In this document: positions 19,236 to 30,589 of the stretch, one piece after another
Layout: the number at the start of each line of letters is the position of its first letter
Numbering within the stretch: the first letter of the stretch is position 1
Origin: Desulfosoma sp.
GTDB lineage: Bacteria > Desulfobacterota > Syntrophobacteria > Syntrophobacterales > DSM-9756
NCBI GenBank assembly: GCA_037481835.1
Contig: JBBFKW010000001.1
Span: 32,001 to 96,000 of the forward strand
Length of the DNA: 64,000 nucleotides
Reading direction: 5' to 3'
Position numbers and translations under genes: made by a program
The notes under the pieces: model-generated
Databases searched by the model: none
The model's input: only the letters and a program-made list of their open reading frames with translations
Told to the model about the DNA's origin: nothing

Positions 19236-20444
19236 CTACGCCCCGGGGGCGGCGTCCCGCCGCTTTTCCGGTGGGATGTATTCGCAGTCCAGTTTACCGC
19301 AGTAGTCGCCCACATATTCGGCCTGAGGCCGGTAGAGGGCGGGCTTTCCCTGCGCGTCCCCGTATTTTTCTTCGATGATGTGGGCGCACCAGCCGGCGAT
19401 CCGTGAAGCCGCAAAAATGCATGTCATGAGGTCTCCCGGAAAGCCCAGGATGTGGTAGACCGAGGCGCTGTAAAAATCCACGTTGGGCTGAATGTCCGTC
19501 TTGCCTCGGGCGTTCAGTTCGGCCATGGCCGCCTTTTCGATGGCTTCCGTGAGTTCGGGCCAGATCCGCTGCCCGGTCTTTTCTCCCAGCTCAAAAGCCA
19601 GTTTCTTAAGGATCTTCGCTCGAGGGTCCATGGTCTTGTAGACGGCATGGCCCATGCCCATGATCCTTTCCTTGCGCTCCAATCGATCCCTGACCCACCC
19701 TTGAATGTCCGTCACCCCGTCCTGCACGATCTTTTGAAGCATTTCCATGACGCGGGCGTTGGCGCCCCCGTGCAGTTCTCCGGACAGGGCCCCGACTCCC
19801 GCCGCCACGCCGGCGTACATGTGGGCCCGAGTAGACACCACTTCCCGGCAGGCGAACGTGGACGCGTTGAAGGTATGGTCGGCATGGAGGATGAGGCAGA
19901 TGTCCATGACGCGGGCCGTGGGGGCGTCGGGGACGATGCCGAAGGTCTGCCACAGGAAATTGCCGGCATGGGTCAGTGTGTCATCGGGCGGGAGGACTTC
20001 CAGTCCCTGGCGGATCCGGTGCCATGCCGCCACCACAGCCGGAATGCGGGCCGTGAGGCGAAGCGCTTTCCTCAGGTTCGCCTGGCGGCTTTCATCGAAA
20101 AGATCCGGATCGGCCATGGCCAGGAGAGGCACCGCGGCCTGCAGGGCGTCCATGGGATGGGCCGAACGGGGCCATTGTTTCATGCTTTCCACGACGAAAT
20201 CGGGAAGAGTGCGCGCGGCCCGGAGCTCGGCTTCGAAAGCCGAAAGCTGCTCGGGAGTCGGCAGGACTTCGTAAAAGAGCAGGTAGGTCGTTTCGGGAAA
20301 CGTGGAATTTTCGGCCAGGTCTTCGATGCGATACCCCCGGTAAATGAGCACGCCCCGTTCTCCGTCGATGTAACTGATCTTCGTGTCGGCGACGGCGATC
20401 CCTCGAAGCCCGATGTTTTTGGTGCGGACGGTCCTTTCGGTCAT
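19236..20444 (-). CDS. Citrate synthase (Si-type / 2-methylcitrate synthase family)
   Basis: LHADHTFNAST, LHGGAN, GMGHAVYKTMDPRA and PNVDFYS. Confidence 0.93.
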   Translation of the reverse strand: MTERTVRTKNIGLRGIAVADTKISYIDGERGVLIYRGYRIEDLAENSTFPETTYLLFYEVLPTPEQLSAFEAELRAARTLPDFVVESMKQWPRSAHPMDALQAAVPLLAMADPDLFDESRQANLRKALRLTARIPAVVAAWHRIRQGLEVLPPDDTLTHAGNFLWQTFGIVPDAPTARVMDICLILHADHTFNASTFACREVVSTRAHMYAGVAAGVGALSGELHGGANARVMEMLQKIVQDGVTDIQGWVRDRLERKERIMGMGHAVYKTMDPRAKILKKLAFELGEKTGQRIWPELTEAIEKAAMAELNARGKTDIQPNVDFYSASVYHILGFPGDLMTCIFAASRIAGWCAHIIEEKYGDAQGKPALYRPQAEYVGDYCGKLDCEYIPPEKRRDAAPGA

Positions 20445-20469
20445 GGCGCTCCTCCTGTGCGTGGGTGCG

Positions 20470-21237
20470 TTATTTTTCCAAAATAAAACGTCCCGCCCAG
20501 GCCGCAAGGACGTTCCCCACATAGCGGGCGTCGCGCTTGTCGGAAAGGAGGTGATCCGCTCCGTCCAAGGCGATGAAGCTCTTGGGATGGCGCGCCGCGC
20601 GAAAGATCCGCTCCCCGTTTTCCACGGGCACCACGGTGTCCCCCGGAGCGTGAAAGATCAGGAGGGCCCTGTCCAGCGCGGCAAGACGGCGTTCCACGTC
20701 CTCATCGGGTGTTTCCTCCAGGAAACCCCGCCCCACGCGAACCGCCTTCCCCCCCAGTTGGATCGTCACCACGCCGTCGCGCTCCAAAGGGGCCCGAAAC
20801 GGGCGCAGCAGTCTGGCCACATGCCCGGGGTTGAAGGGAGCTCCGATGACGGCCACCGCCCGGCACGAGGCCACCGCCGGCGCTGCATGGAGCACCGCCG
20901 CACCGCCCAGGGAATGGCCCACGAGGACCGCCGGAGCCATGCCCCTTTCGGCGAGAAAAGCCGCCGCGGCGTCCACGTCGTCCATATGGGAGACGAAGTG
21001 GGTTTGGGCAAAATCGCCTTCGCTTTCGCCGAGGCCCGTAAAATCGAACCTGAAAAGCCCATAGCCGGAATCGGTCAGGGCCCGGGAGATGTGCATCACG
21101 GCGCTCAGATTCTTGGAGCAGGTAAAACAATGGGCAAAGAGGACCACGGCTCGAGGCGGCCCTTGCGAGGGGCTGTCCAGTCGCCCCGAAAGTTTTTGAC
21201 CGCGACGGTTTTCAAAAAGGAAAGATTCGACCCGCAT
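20470..21237 (-). CDS. Alpha/beta hydrolase (type often fused to OsmC)
   Basis: FAHCFTCSK, GHSLGG nucleophile elbow and ADHLLS. Confidence 0.88.
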   Translation of the reverse strand: MRVESFLFENRRGQKLSGRLDSPSQGPPRAVVLFAHCFTCSKNLSAVMHISRALTDSGYGLFRFDFTGLGESEGDFAQTHFVSHMDDVDAAAAFLAERGMAPAVLVGHSLGGAAVLHAAPAVASCRAVAVIGAPFNPGHVARLLRPFRAPLERDGVVTIQLGGKAVRVGRGFLEETPDEDVERRLAALDRALLIFHAPGDTVVPVENGERIFRAARHPKSFIALDGADHLLSDKRDARYVGNVLAAWAGRFILEK

Positions 21238-21305
21238 CGTCCGCACGCCTTTTCATCAAGGGGGGTTGTTAAGCTTTCTTGAGCCGGGCGAAGGACGGCA
21301 AGCGG

Positions 21306-21791
21306 TTACGCCTCGAGAACACGGCGCATGACGGTTTCCACGGCCCGCTGCATCCCCGGCTTTTCGCTTTCTCGAGGGCCGGCCACATTGAGCACCCGGA
21401 TGCGGTGGGTTTCCCCCCACCGGCGGATGTGCGCCGCGACGGCGTCGGGCTGGGCCGCTCCGTCCAGGGACACGACGAGGAGCGGCTTTTTGTGCTGCTG
21501 CGCCAATCGAATGGTGAGCGCCGTGCCTCCGGAAGGCTTTCCCCGGGTGAAGACAAGGGTTCCGTCCGAATCCAAGACGTTGGCTTCCGTTCGAGCTTGA
21601 TAAGCGGCGGATTCGTGTTCTTGGAGCGGGTATCGCTCGGGAACGCGGCCGTCTTCGGCTCGGCGCCCCTTGGGACACCATCCGCCGCAGGGCCGGCCCA
21701 AGGCCAAGGCGGCGTCGAGGGCCCCGCGGTCGGCTCCCGTCTGGCCTCCGGAAACGATTTTCTGGAAGATGACCTCGTCTTCATATGTCAC
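21306..21791 (-). CDS. SLOG-fold putative molybdenum-carrier protein
   Basis: KIVSGGQTGADRGALD, RTEANVLDSDGT and LNVAGPRES. GTG start overlaps the comF stop. Confidence 0.85.
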   Translation of the reverse strand: MTYEDEVIFQKIVSGGQTGADRGALDAALALGRPCGGWCPKGRRAEDGRVPERYPLQEHESAAYQARTEANVLDSDGTLVFTRGKPSGGTALTIRLAQQHKKPLLVVSLDGAAQPDAVAAHIRRWGETHRIRVLNVAGPRESEKPGMQRAVETVMRRVLEA

Positions 21792-22600
21792 GGCGGCTCT
21801 TTCCTTGCAACCGGCGCCCCGGGCCCGAGGGCCACCCGAGCCACGGTCACCGCACCGACCCAGGCGGCCCCGGCGTCCTTCAAGGCGTCGGCGCATTCGC
21901 TGAGGGTCGTTCCCGTGGTAAACACATCGTCCAGGAGGACCACGGCTTTTCCGGCGACCGCTTCGGGGCGGGCGACCACAAAGGCGCCGCGCACGTTTCG
22001 CAATCGCTCCTCCCGGGAAAGGCGCGTCTGGGGCCGCGTGAAACGCGCCCGCCGGAGCGCGTCCACGACAACCGGTCGGGAACACATCCGGCCCGCAAAC
22101 CGAGCCAGCAGCACCGCCTGATTGTATCCCCGGCGCCGCACCCGACGAAGATGCATGGGGACGGGAAGGATCACGTCGCTGCGATCCAGGAGATGGCGTG
22201 TTGGGGGATGAAGCGCCGCCAATCGTCCCAAGGCCGGCGCCCAGTGGAGTTTCCCGCCGAATTTGAGCTGGAGGATGCCGCGCCGAACAGTTCCCTCATA
22301 GATCGCCGCCGATCGGGCGGCATCGAACCGGAAGTGATCCGAAAGGCATTCGCCGCACAGGTGATCGGGCATGGCTTCCGAAGAGCTATAGGGACGACCG
22401 CACCGGGGGCACAGGGGAGAAAGGACGAAGGAGAGCCCTTGAAAACAGGCGCGGCACCACGTGGGATCCGGCCCATCACCGGAAGGCCTCCCACAGGCGG
22501 CGCAGCGCGGAGGGAAGAGCACGTCGGCCGCCCAGGAAAGAACCCGGGAGGTCATGCCCAGGAGCGCCTCACGGCGATGGGGCGTGAAGGCGGAGGCCAT
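21788..22600 (-). CDS. comF: ComF family protein
   Basis: Double Zn ribbon, RGYNQA and the PRTase motif LLDDVFTTGTT. Start uncertain. Confidence 0.9.
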   Translation of the reverse strand: MASAFTPHRREALLGMTSRVLSWAADVLFPPRCAACGRPSGDGPDPTWCRACFQGLSFVLSPLCPRCGRPYSSSEAMPDHLCGECLSDHFRFDAARSAAIYEGTVRRGILQLKFGGKLHWAPALGRLAALHPPTRHLLDRSDVILPVPMHLRRVRRRGYNQAVLLARFAGRMCSRPVVVDALRRARFTRPQTRLSREERLRNVRGAFVVARPEAVAGKAVVLLDDVFTTGTTLSECADALKDAGAAWVGAVTVARVALGPGAPVARKEPP

Positions 22601-22705
22601 GGGGAAAAAACCTTTTTCGGCTAGGGGGCATCCTTTGCGAGCCGGACGACGCCGTGCCATGGGGGCATATGGATTCGCCGTCATACCCCCAGGCGGTGGG
22701 GCCTC

Positions 22706-22733
22706 CTTTGCGCCTTTGCGTCTTTGCGCGAGA
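22706..22733 (-). repeat. TCTC-(RCGCMAAG)x3 repeat, distal copy
   Basis: ctttgcgcctttgcgtctttgcgcgaga, with a degenerate partner tctcgccccaagccgc at about 22742. Confidence 0.8.
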
Positions 22734-22771
22734 CTTTTTGATCTCGCCCCAAGCCGCTCTTTTCTCTCGCA

Positions 22772-24001
22772 TTAGATTCCCAGGCGGTCGATGACGGCGT
22801 CGGCAAATTCGGAGCATTTCACTTCCCGGGCGCCGTCCATCTGCCGAGCCAGATCGTAGGTGACGATCTTGTCCGAGACGGTCTGTTCCACCCCCTTTTC
22901 CACCAATCGGGCCGCTTCCACCCAGCCCATGTATTCCAACATCATGGCTCCGGACAAGATCACCGAACCGGGGTTCACCTTATCCTGGCCCGCATATTTG
23001 GGCGCCGTCCCGTGGGTGGCTTCGAACAGGGCGCATCGGTCGCCGATGTTGGCGCCGGGCGCCATGCCCAATCCGCCCACCTGTGCGGCCAAGGCGTCCG
23101 ACAGATAATCGCCGTTGAGGTTCGGGGTGGCCAGCACATGGTATTCTTCGGGGCGCAGCAAGGCTTGCTGGAACATGGCATCGGCGATCCGATCCTTGAT
23201 GACGACCTTCCCTGCAGGGACATCCCCGCCCCACCGGGACGCGACCTCTTCTTCCGTGACCGTCCGGTCGGCGAATTCGCGGGCGGCCAGTTCATAGCCC
23301 CACTGGCGAAACGCCCCTTCGGTGTACTTCATGATGTTTCCCTTGTGCACCAGCGTCACGGACGCCAGCCCGCGCTCCAGGGCATAGTGGATGGCGCGGC
23401 GCACCAGCCGCTCCGTCCCGAAGCGGCTCATGGGCTTGACCCCGATGCCCGAATGTTCGGGCACGCAGATCCCCATTTCCTCGCAGAGGAACGCGCGCAC
23501 CTTTTCCGCTTCCTTGGATCCGGCCGGCCATTCGATCCCGGCGTAGACGTCTTCCGTGTTTTCCCGAAAGACCACCATGTGAACCCGTTCCGGGTGTTTC
23601 ATGGGCGAGGGCACTCCGCGGATCCAGCGCACGGGCCGCACACAGGCGTAGAGGTCCAGCACCTGGCGAAGGGTTACGTTGAGGCTCCGCATGCCGCCCC
23701 CGACCGGCGTGGTCAGCGGCCCCTTTATGGCCACGACGCACCGGCGGATATCTTCCACCGTTTGGTCCGGAAGCCATTGCCCGGTCTGCGCCGCGGCCTT
23801 TTCGCCCGCAAGGAGTTCCTTCCACGCGATTTCCTTGGAGCCGCCGTAGGCCGAGCGAACCGCGGCATCCAAAACCCTCTGAGCCGCCGCCCAAATGTCC
23901 GGTCCCGTACCGTCCCCTTCGATAAAGCCGATCACGGGCCGATCCGGCACATGCATGCGCCCGTGATCGTCCATGGTGATCCATTGTCCATCCTTGGCCA
24001 T
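22772..24001 (-). CDS. icd: NADP-dependent isocitrate dehydrogenase
   Basis: [29 protein letters not shown] and [12 protein letters not shown]. Confidence 0.97.
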   Translation of the reverse strand: MAKDGQWITMDDHGRMHVPDRPVIGFIEGDGTGPDIWAAAQRVLDAAVRSAYGGSKEIAWKELLAGEKAAAQTGQWLPDQTVEDIRRCVVAIKGPLTTPVGGGMRSLNVTLRQVLDLYACVRPVRWIRGVPSPMKHPERVHMVVFRENTEDVYAGIEWPAGSKEAEKVRAFLCEEMGICVPEHSGIGVKPMSRFGTERLVRRAIHYALERGLASVTLVHKGNIMKYTEGAFRQWGYELAAREFADRTVTEEEVASRWGGDVPAGKVVIKDRIADAMFQQALLRPEEYHVLATPNLNGDYLSDALAAQVGGLGMAPGANIGDRCALFEATHGTAPKYAGQDKVNPGSVILSGAMMLEYMGWVEAARLVEKGVEQTVSDKIVTYDLARQMDGAREVKCSEFADAVIDRLGI

Positions 24002-24042
24002 CGTCTGCACTTTCGCCGTCCTTTCTTTTCAAAAACTGGCCG

Positions 24043-24984
24043 TTACGACCGGGCTCGCAACGCGATGAGGACCCATTCGCCGTCCTGATACCGGTGTTCG
24101 AACCCAAACCCCACTTGTTCGTAGCGGGAGATCACGGCGGCGGCCTGGTCTGAAAGTACGCCGCACAGGCCGAGCCGTCCGCCGGGTTCCACCTTTCGGG
24201 CGAGCACCTCCGCCATGGCCATGAGAGGCCCCGCCTGGATGTTGGCAACAACGACGGAAAAGGATCCCGGCGCCTCATCGGCCGTCCCCGCGAGGAATCG
24301 GACCGAGGCGGCCTCGGGGTTCAAGGCCCGGTTTTCTTCGGCGATGCTCACGGCTTCCGGGTCGTTATCCACGCCGAGGACGGGCCGGAATCCGAGAAGG
24401 GCCCCGGCCATGGCCAGGATGCCCGATCCCGTGCCCACATCGAGAAGGGACGGCGGGACGGAGCGAGGCCATTCCCCGATGACCTCTTCGAGCCATCGCA
24501 GGCACAGGCGTGTCGTTTCATGGTGGCCGGTGCCGAAGGCCATGCCAGGGTCGATGGTGAGCACCAGATCGTCCGGGTTCGGCCGGTAGGTTTCCCACGT
24601 GGGAACGATGACCAAACGGCGCCCGACCCTAAGGGGCTTGAATCCTTCCTTCCAGCGCGCGTTCCAATCCATGTCTTCGCAAAACCCATAGCGCACGGGA
24701 TCGGTCGGAGGCAACCCCCAGGCGGATCGAAGCTGCGCCACGGTTTCTTCCAGATCCTTTTTCCAACAGGGAGGCGCGGACTGCGCCGGAAGGTAGAGGC
24801 GCACCCTGGTCTCTTCCACCTGGGCGCCGATGCCGAATTTTTCGGCCAAGACGGCCGCCATTTCATCGCACCAGGCTTCCTCGCAGAACACGTCGGCCGT
24901 CCACCACCCTTTGGGAGCGGGGGGTGAGGGGTCCAATCGTTTCTTTGCATGAGCATCCGGCAATGGTAAGGTTCCTTTCGTCAA
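24043..24984 (-). CDS. prmA: Ribosomal protein L11 methyltransferase
   Basis: IDPGMAFGTGHHETT and LDVGTGSGIL. Confidence 0.94.
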   Translation of the reverse strand: MTKGTLPLPDAHAKKRLDPSPPAPKGWWTADVFCEEAWCDEMAAVLAEKFGIGAQVEETRVRLYLPAQSAPPCWKKDLEETVAQLRSAWGLPPTDPVRYGFCEDMDWNARWKEGFKPLRVGRRLVIVPTWETYRPNPDDLVLTIDPGMAFGTGHHETTRLCLRWLEEVIGEWPRSVPPSLLDVGTGSGILAMAGALLGFRPVLGVDNDPEAVSIAEENRALNPEAASVRFLAGTADEAPGSFSVVVANIQAGPLMAMAEVLARKVEPGGRLGLCGVLSDQAAAVISRYEQVGFGFEHRYQDGEWVLIALRARS

Positions 24985-25040
24985 CGCATAGGTGAGAGCA
25001 CGGCATCATAGCAGAAGAGTTTTTTTTGCGGGAGGGTTTC

Positions 25041-25790
25041 ATGGCCGTAACCGCCATCATTCCGGCTCGGTATGCATCCACACGGTTTCCCGGGAAACCC
25101 CTGGCGCCCATTCTGGGAAAGCCCATGATCCAGTGGGTGGTGGAGCGCCTTCGGGGCTGTGCCGCGCTGGATCGGATCGCGGTGGCTTCCGACGACGAAC
25201 GCATCCTGGCCGTGGTGCGTTCCCTGGGCGCGGACGCAATTCCGACCCGCTCGGACCATCCCACCGGCACGGATCGGCTGGCCGAAGCGGCCCGAAAGCT
25301 CGGCCTCGGCCCCGGCGATTGGGTTGTGAACGTCCAAGGAGACGAACCCGAAGTCCATGCGGCCATGGTGGACGCGTTGGTCCGGGTCGCCTTGGAAGAT
25401 CCCCAGGTTCCGATGGCCACGCTGGCCTATGAGACGGCCGATTCCGAAGCGTACGCCGATCCCAACGTGGTGAAGGTGGTGACGGACCGAAACGGACGGG
25501 CCCTCTACTTTTCCCGGGCCCCCGTTCCCTGGCGGCGCGACGCCTCTGACGTCCCTGTGCGTTTTTTGAAGCACCTGGGTTTTTATGCCTACCGGGCGGA
25601 TTTTCTCCAAACCTTCGCGGCCCTGCCCCCGACCCCTCTGGAGGTGACCGAAAAGCTGGAGCAGCTTCGAGCGTTGGAGCACGGCTATGAGATCCGGGTG
25701 GGGCTTTCCCCCAGGGATTCCCTGGGGATCGACACCCCTGAGGACCTCATGCGCCTCGAGGCACGGTGGCGCGCCGCCGGCGCGCCCTGA
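25041..25790 (+). CDS. kdsB: 3-deoxy-manno-octulosonate cytidylyltransferase
   Basis: IPARYASTRFPGKPL, NVQGDEP and EKLEQLRALE. Confidence 0.97.
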   Translation: MAVTAIIPARYASTRFPGKPLAPILGKPMIQWVVERLRGCAALDRIAVASDDERILAVVRSLGADAIPTRSDHPTGTDRLAEAARKLGLGPGDWVVNVQGDEPEVHAAMVDALVRVALEDPQVPMATLAYETADSEAYADPNVVKVVTDRNGRALYFSRAPVPWRRDASDVPVRFLKHLGFYAYRADFLQTFAALPPTPLEVTEKLEQLRALEHGYEIRVGLSPRDSLGIDTPEDLMRLEARWRAAGAP

Positions 25791-26110
25791 GATCCCCCGT
25801 TTTTTCTCGAAGACGGATGCCGGAGAAAAGCAGATGGATTTCGACGAAGCCGCCAAGAAGGAACTTCGATAACCTGACAAACCCTTTCCCAGACGAATCC
25901 TCTCGTTGCTCCCCAATCGCTTCACCCCCCCCACTCGATGATCCACGCCTTATCGGGAAAGCCCTGAGGTCCCACCGAGGGGGGCCCGTGACGTCCGCTG
26001 GTTTTCATGAGTCTTGCCAGTGCGGATTTTATCGATACAATGGCATGATTTGCAGAAGCCCGTTCGTTGCGGGCAAGAACGCATCCCCAGGGGGAAGGAG
26101 CCAACATTTC

Positions 26111-27289
26111 ATGAAAAAACCGTGGCAGAGGCCTCCGGCCCTCATCGTCTTGGAAGACGGCACCGTGTTTCGAGGCAGGGCTTTCGCCGCTGCGGAACAG
26201 GGCCGCGTGCTCGGCGAAGTGGTGTTCAACACGGCCATGACCGGATACCAGGAAGTCCTCACGGACCCGTCCTACAAGGGACAGATCGTCACCATGACCT
26301 ACCCCTTGACGGGCACTTACGGGATCAACGATGAGGACATGGAGTCGGCGCGCATCCAGGTGGAAGCCTTTCTCGTCAAGGAATACCAGGATTTTGCCAG
26401 CAACTGGCGAAGCCGCCGTTCTCTCGCCGAATTCCTGGAATCCCAAGGGGTGATGGGCGTGGAAGGCATCGACACGCGGCGCCTCACCCGCCACATCCGC
26501 CGCATCGGGGCCATGCGCGGCGTCATCGCGACGGACACGGACAACGTGGGGGAACTCCTGGACCAGGTGCGGGCTTTTCCGGGCCTGGTGGGCGTGGACA
26601 TGGTCCGAAAGGTCACGTGCCCGGCACCCTATCGGTGGGAAAACGGCCCCCGGCCCGGCGCCTCGTGGCGTGAAGACCACCCGGGCTTTCGGGTGGCCGC
26701 CCTGGACTTCGGCGTCAAGTACAACATCTTGCGAAACCTGGAACGCTGCGGCTGCCAGGTCCTCGTCTTTCCGGCCCACACGCCTGCGGAGTCCGTTTTG
26801 GCCGCCGATCCCGACGGCGTTTTCCTTTCCAACGGGCCCGGCGACCCGGCCGCCGTCACCTACGGCATCGAAACGGTGCGGCGTCTTCTCGGCCGAAAGC
26901 CCATGTTCGGCATCTGCCTGGGCCACCAGCTCATGGGGCTGGCTCTCGGAGGCCGCACCTTCAAGCTCAAGTTCGGGCACCGCGGCGCCAACCAGCCCGT
27001 CAAGGACCTGCGTACGGGACGCGTGGAAGTGACCAGCCAAAACCACGGGTTCTGCGTGGATTTGGAGTCCATGAAAGACGTCCCGGTCCGGCCGACCCAC
27101 ATCAATTTGAACGACAACACGCTGGAAGGCATGGAACACCTGGAAATTCCCGCCTACAGCGTCCAATACCACCCGGAAGCCGCCCCGGGTCCCCATGACG
27201 CCGTCTACCTTTTCCAACGGTTCATCGACCTGATGCGCCGAGACAAAGGCCTCCGCCCCGACGATTCCCCTCATCCCCAAAGGCCTTAG
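26111..27289 (+). CDS. carA: Carbamoyl-phosphate synthase small subunit
   Basis: GEVVFNTAMTGYQE, GICLGHQ and QYHPEAAPGPHD. Confidence 0.98.
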   Translation: MKKPWQRPPALIVLEDGTVFRGRAFAAAEQGRVLGEVVFNTAMTGYQEVLTDPSYKGQIVTMTYPLTGTYGINDEDMESARIQVEAFLVKEYQDFASNWRSRRSLAEFLESQGVMGVEGIDTRRLTRHIRRIGAMRGVIATDTDNVGELLDQVRAFPGLVGVDMVRKVTCPAPYRWENGPRPGASWREDHPGFRVAALDFGVKYNILRNLERCGCQVLVFPAHTPAESVLAADPDGVFLSNGPGDPAAVTYGIETVRRLLGRKPMFGICLGHQLMGLALGGRTFKLKFGHRGANQPVKDLRTGRVEVTSQNHGFCVDLESMKDVPVRPTHINLNDNTLEGMEHLEIPAYSVQYHPEAAPGPHDAVYLFQRFIDLMRRDKGLRPDDSPHPQRP

Positions 27290-27313
27290 GCCGCCTCAAC
27301 GGAGCTTTTCTCC

Positions 27314-30300
27314 ATGCCCAAAAGGACGGACATCCACAAGATTCTCATCATCGGATCGGGCCCCATCGTCATCAGCCAAGCGTGCGAATTCGACTACTCG
27401 GGCACCCAGGCGTGCAAAGCCTTGCGGGAAGAAGGCTACGAGGTGGTCCTCATCAACAGCAACCCGGCGACCATCATGACCGATCCGGAAATGGCTCACC
27501 GCACCTACATCGAACCCATCACGCCGGAGGCCGTGGCCAAGATCATCGAAAAGGAACGGCCCGACGCCCTGCTCCCCACCCTGGGGGGCCAGACGGCCCT
27601 GAACACCGCCGTGCGTGTGGCGGAACAAGGGGTGCTGGACCGATTCGGGGTGGAAATGATCGGGGCGCGCGCGGAAGCCATCAAGAAAGCCGAAGACCGG
27701 CAGCTGTTCCGGGACGCCATGGAACGCATCGGGCTGCGGGTGCCTCGAAGCGGAATCGCCTACACGGAAAACGAAGCCCGGGAGATCGCCGACGCCATCG
27801 GCTTTCCCGTGATCGTGCGGCCCGCCTTCACCCTGGGAGGCACGGGGGGCGGGATCGCCTACAACCGGGAAGAACTCATGGAACTGGCCCGAGCCGGCCT
27901 GGACGCCAGCCTGATCCATCAGGTCATGCTGGAAGAATCGGTGCTGGGCTGGAAGGAATTCGAACTGGAAGTCATGCGGGACCGCATGGACAATGCGGTC
28001 GTGATCTGTTCCATCGAAAACGTGGACCCCATGGGCGTCCATACGGGGGATTCCATCACCGTGGCCCCGGCCCAGACCCTCACGGACCGGGAATATCAAA
28101 GGATGCGCGATGCCGCCATCGCCATCCTTCGGGAAATCGGCGTGGAAACCGGGGGATCCAACGTCCAGTTCGCCGTCAACCCCAAAGACGGCGATATGGT
28201 CGTCATCGAAATGAACCCGAGGGTCTCCCGCTCCTCCGCCCTGGCCTCCAAGGCCACGGGCTTTCCCATCGCCAAGATCGCCGCCAAGCTCGCCGTGGGC
28301 TACACTCTGGACGAACTGGCCAACGACATCACGCGGGAAACGAAAGCGTCCTTCGAACCCACCATCGATTACGTGGTGGTGAAAATCCCCCGGTTCACCT
28401 TCGAAAAATTTCCCGAGACGGAAGATTTTCTCACCACGTCCATGAAGTCCGTGGGAGAGACCATGGCCATCGGCCGCACTTTCAAGGAGGCCCTCCAGAA
28501 GGCCATAAGGTCCCTGGAAATCGGCCGCTACGGCTTTTCGGACCCGGCCCCCGCCGGCGGCGGTCCCGAACACCTGGAAGCCTTGCGCCAGGCCCTGCGC
28601 CGTCCCAATTCCCGGCGGCTCTTCCAGATCGGCGAAGCCTTCAAGCTGGGCCTTTCCGTGGAAGAGCTCCACGCCCTCACGGCCATCGACCCGTGGTTTT
28701 TGGAACACATCCGCGACATTGTGGAAATGGAAGAAGCCATCCGCCGGGAAAACCTCACGGCCGAACCGGAAGGCCTGCGCCTGGCCAAGAGCTGGGGCTT
28801 TTCGGACCGGCGCCTTGGGGAACTCACGGGAAGGGACGAAGAAGCCGTTCGGCGGGAGCGCCTCCGGCACGGCATCCGCCCGGTCTACAAGCTCGTGGAC
28901 ACCTGCGCCGCGGAATTCGAAGCCTATACCCCATACTTTTATTCCACGTACGAAGAAGAGGACGAATCGCGCCCGTCCGACCGGCCCAAGGTCATGATCC
29001 TGGGCGGCGGGCCCAACCGCATCGGCCAGGGGATCGAATTCGACTACTGCTGCGTCCATGCTTCCTTCGCCCTCAAGGAATCGGGCATGGAATCCATCAT
29101 GGTCAATTCCAACCCGGAAACGGTCTCCACGGACTACGACACTTCGGACAAACTCTACTTCGAGCCCCTCACCCGGGAAGACGTCCTGCACATCGTGGAA
29201 ACCGAAAAACCCCTGGGGCTCATCGTCCAATTCGGCGGCCAGACGCCGCTCAATTTGGCCGTCCCCCTGGAACGGGCCGGAGTCCCCATCATCGGGACGA
29301 CGCCGGACGCCATCGATTTGGCCGAAGACCGCAAGCGTTTCCAACAGCTTTTGCAAAAACTCGGACTCCGGCAGCCGGAAAACGCCACGGCCATGACGGC
29401 CGACGAAGCGGCGGAGGCCGCCCGGCGGATCGGCTATCCCGTGGTCGTTCGCCCGTCCTATGTGCTGGGGGGGCGGGCCATGGAAATCGTCTACGACGAA
29501 CCGTCGCTTCGCCGCTTTACGGACGTGGCCGCCTCGGTTTCCCCGGGCCATCCCATCCTCATCGACAAGTTCCTGGAAGACGCCGTGGAACTGGACGTGG
29601 ACGCCGTCTGCGACGGGGAGACGACCGTCATCGGCGGCATCATGGAACACATCGAAGCCGCGGGGATCCATTCGGGCGACAGCGCGTGCGTCCTGCCGCC
29701 CGTGCACCTGTCCCGGGACCTCCAGGAAGAGGTCAAACGGCAGACGCGCCTTCTCGCCCACGGCCTCGGCGTCGTGGGGCTGATGAACGTCCAGTTCGCC
29801 ATCCAAAACGAGCGGATCTACGTGCTGGAAGTAAACCCGCGGGCATCCCGCACGGTGCCCTTTGTGAGCAAAGCGACCGGGGTGCCCCTGGCCAAGATCG
29901 CCACCAAGGTCATGCTTGGCCGGAAGTTGCGGGACCTGGGATTCGACCGCGAAAGGGAACCGCGCCACGTGTCGGTGAAAGAATCCGTTTTCCCCTTTTC
30001 CCGATTCCCCGGCGTGGATATCCTTCTAGGTCCGGAAATGAAGTCCACCGGCGAAGTCATGGGGATCGACCGGAGCTTCGGCCTGGCCTACGCCAAGGCC
30101 CAGATGGGCGCAGGCTACACCCTGCCCCTTTCGGGAACCGTTTTCATCAGCGTCCACGACAAGGACAAGGCGGCGGTCGTCCCCATCGCCCGTTCGTTTC
30201 ACGAGATGGGCTTCAGCCTCATCGCCACGGCGGGCACCCGCACCGCCCTGGCGGACCACGGCGTTCCGGCCGAAAAGGTGCACAAGCTCAGCGAAGGGCG

Positions 30301-30589
30301 GCCCCACGTGCTGGATTACATCAAAAACGGGCAGGTGCAGCTTGTGGTGAACACGAGTTTCGGCAAGAAGACGTTTTCCGACGCCTACCACATCCGCCGC
30401 GCGACGATTTTCTACAATCTCCCCTACGCGACGACCATCGCCGGGGCTCGAGCCATGGCCCAGGCCGTGGCGGAACTGCGCGCGGGGGATTGGGATGTGC
30501 GGGCGATCCAGGACTACCATCGAGAGGCTTCGAGTCACGAACGGCTTTCCGCAGCAGGCACTGGACCCTCAAGGACAAACGGCTCATGA
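27314..30589 (+). CDS. carB: Carbamoyl-phosphate synthase large subunit
   Basis: MPKRTDI...[17 protein letters not shown], a duplicated ATP-grasp fold and an MGS domain. Confidence 0.99.
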   Translation: MPKRTDIHKILIIGSGPIVISQACEFDYSGTQACKALREEGYEVVLINSNPATIMTDPEMAHRTYIEPITPEAVAKIIEKERPDALLPTLGGQTALNTAVRVAEQGVLDRFGVEMIGARAEAIKKAEDRQLFRDAMERIGLRVPRSGIAYTENEAREIADAIGFPVIVRPAFTLGGTGGGIAYNREELMELARAGLDASLIHQVMLEESVLGWKEFELEVMRDRMDNAVVICSIENVDPMGVHTGDSITVAPAQTLTDREYQRMRDAAIAILREIGVETGGSNVQFAVNPKDGDMVVIEMNPRVSRSSALASKATGFPIAKIAAKLAVGYTLDELANDITRETKASFEPTIDYVVVKIPRFTFEKFPETEDFLTTSMKSVGETMAIGRTFKEALQKAIRSLEIGRYGFSDPAPAGGGPEHLEALRQALRRPNSRRLFQIGEAFKLGLSVEELHALTAIDPWFLEHIRDIVEMEEAIRRENLTAEPEGLRLAKSWGFSDRRLGELTGRDEEAVRRERLRHGIRPVYKLVDTCAAEFEAYTPYFYSTYEEEDESRPSDRPKVMILGGGPNRIGQGIEFDYCCVHASFALKESGMESIMVNSNPETVSTDYDTSDKLYFEPLTREDVLHIVETEKPLGLIVQFGGQTPLNLAVPLERAGVPIIGTTPDAIDLAEDRKRFQQLLQKLGLRQPENATAMTADEAAEAARRIGYPVVVRPSYVLGGRAMEIVYDEPSLRRFTDVAASVSPGHPILIDKFLEDAVELDVDAVCDGETTVIGGIMEHIEAAGIHSGDSACVLPPVHLSRDLQEEVKRQTRLLAHGLGVVGLMNVQFAIQNERIYVLEVNPRASRTVPFVSKATGVPLAKIATKVMLGRKLRDLGFDREREPRHVSVKESVFPFSRFPGVDILLGPEMKSTGEVMGIDRSFGLAYAKAQMGAGYTLPLSGTVFISVHDKDKAAVVPIARSFHEMGFSLIATAGTRTALADHGVPAEKVHKLSEGRPHVLDYIKNGQVQLVVNTSFGKKTFSDAYHIRRATIFYNLPYATTIAGARAMAQAVAELRAGDWDVRAIQDYHREASSHERLSAAGTGPSRTNGS

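Noticed and set aside
26041..26054. sigma54 promoter upstream of carA (TGGCATGATTTGCA)
   Set aside because: GG-to-GC spacing is 8 nt, not the required 10.
27382..30585. 1544-aa ORF 27382..32016
   Set aside because: The upstream part is an off-frame shadow of carB. Only the portion from ATG 30586 is purF.
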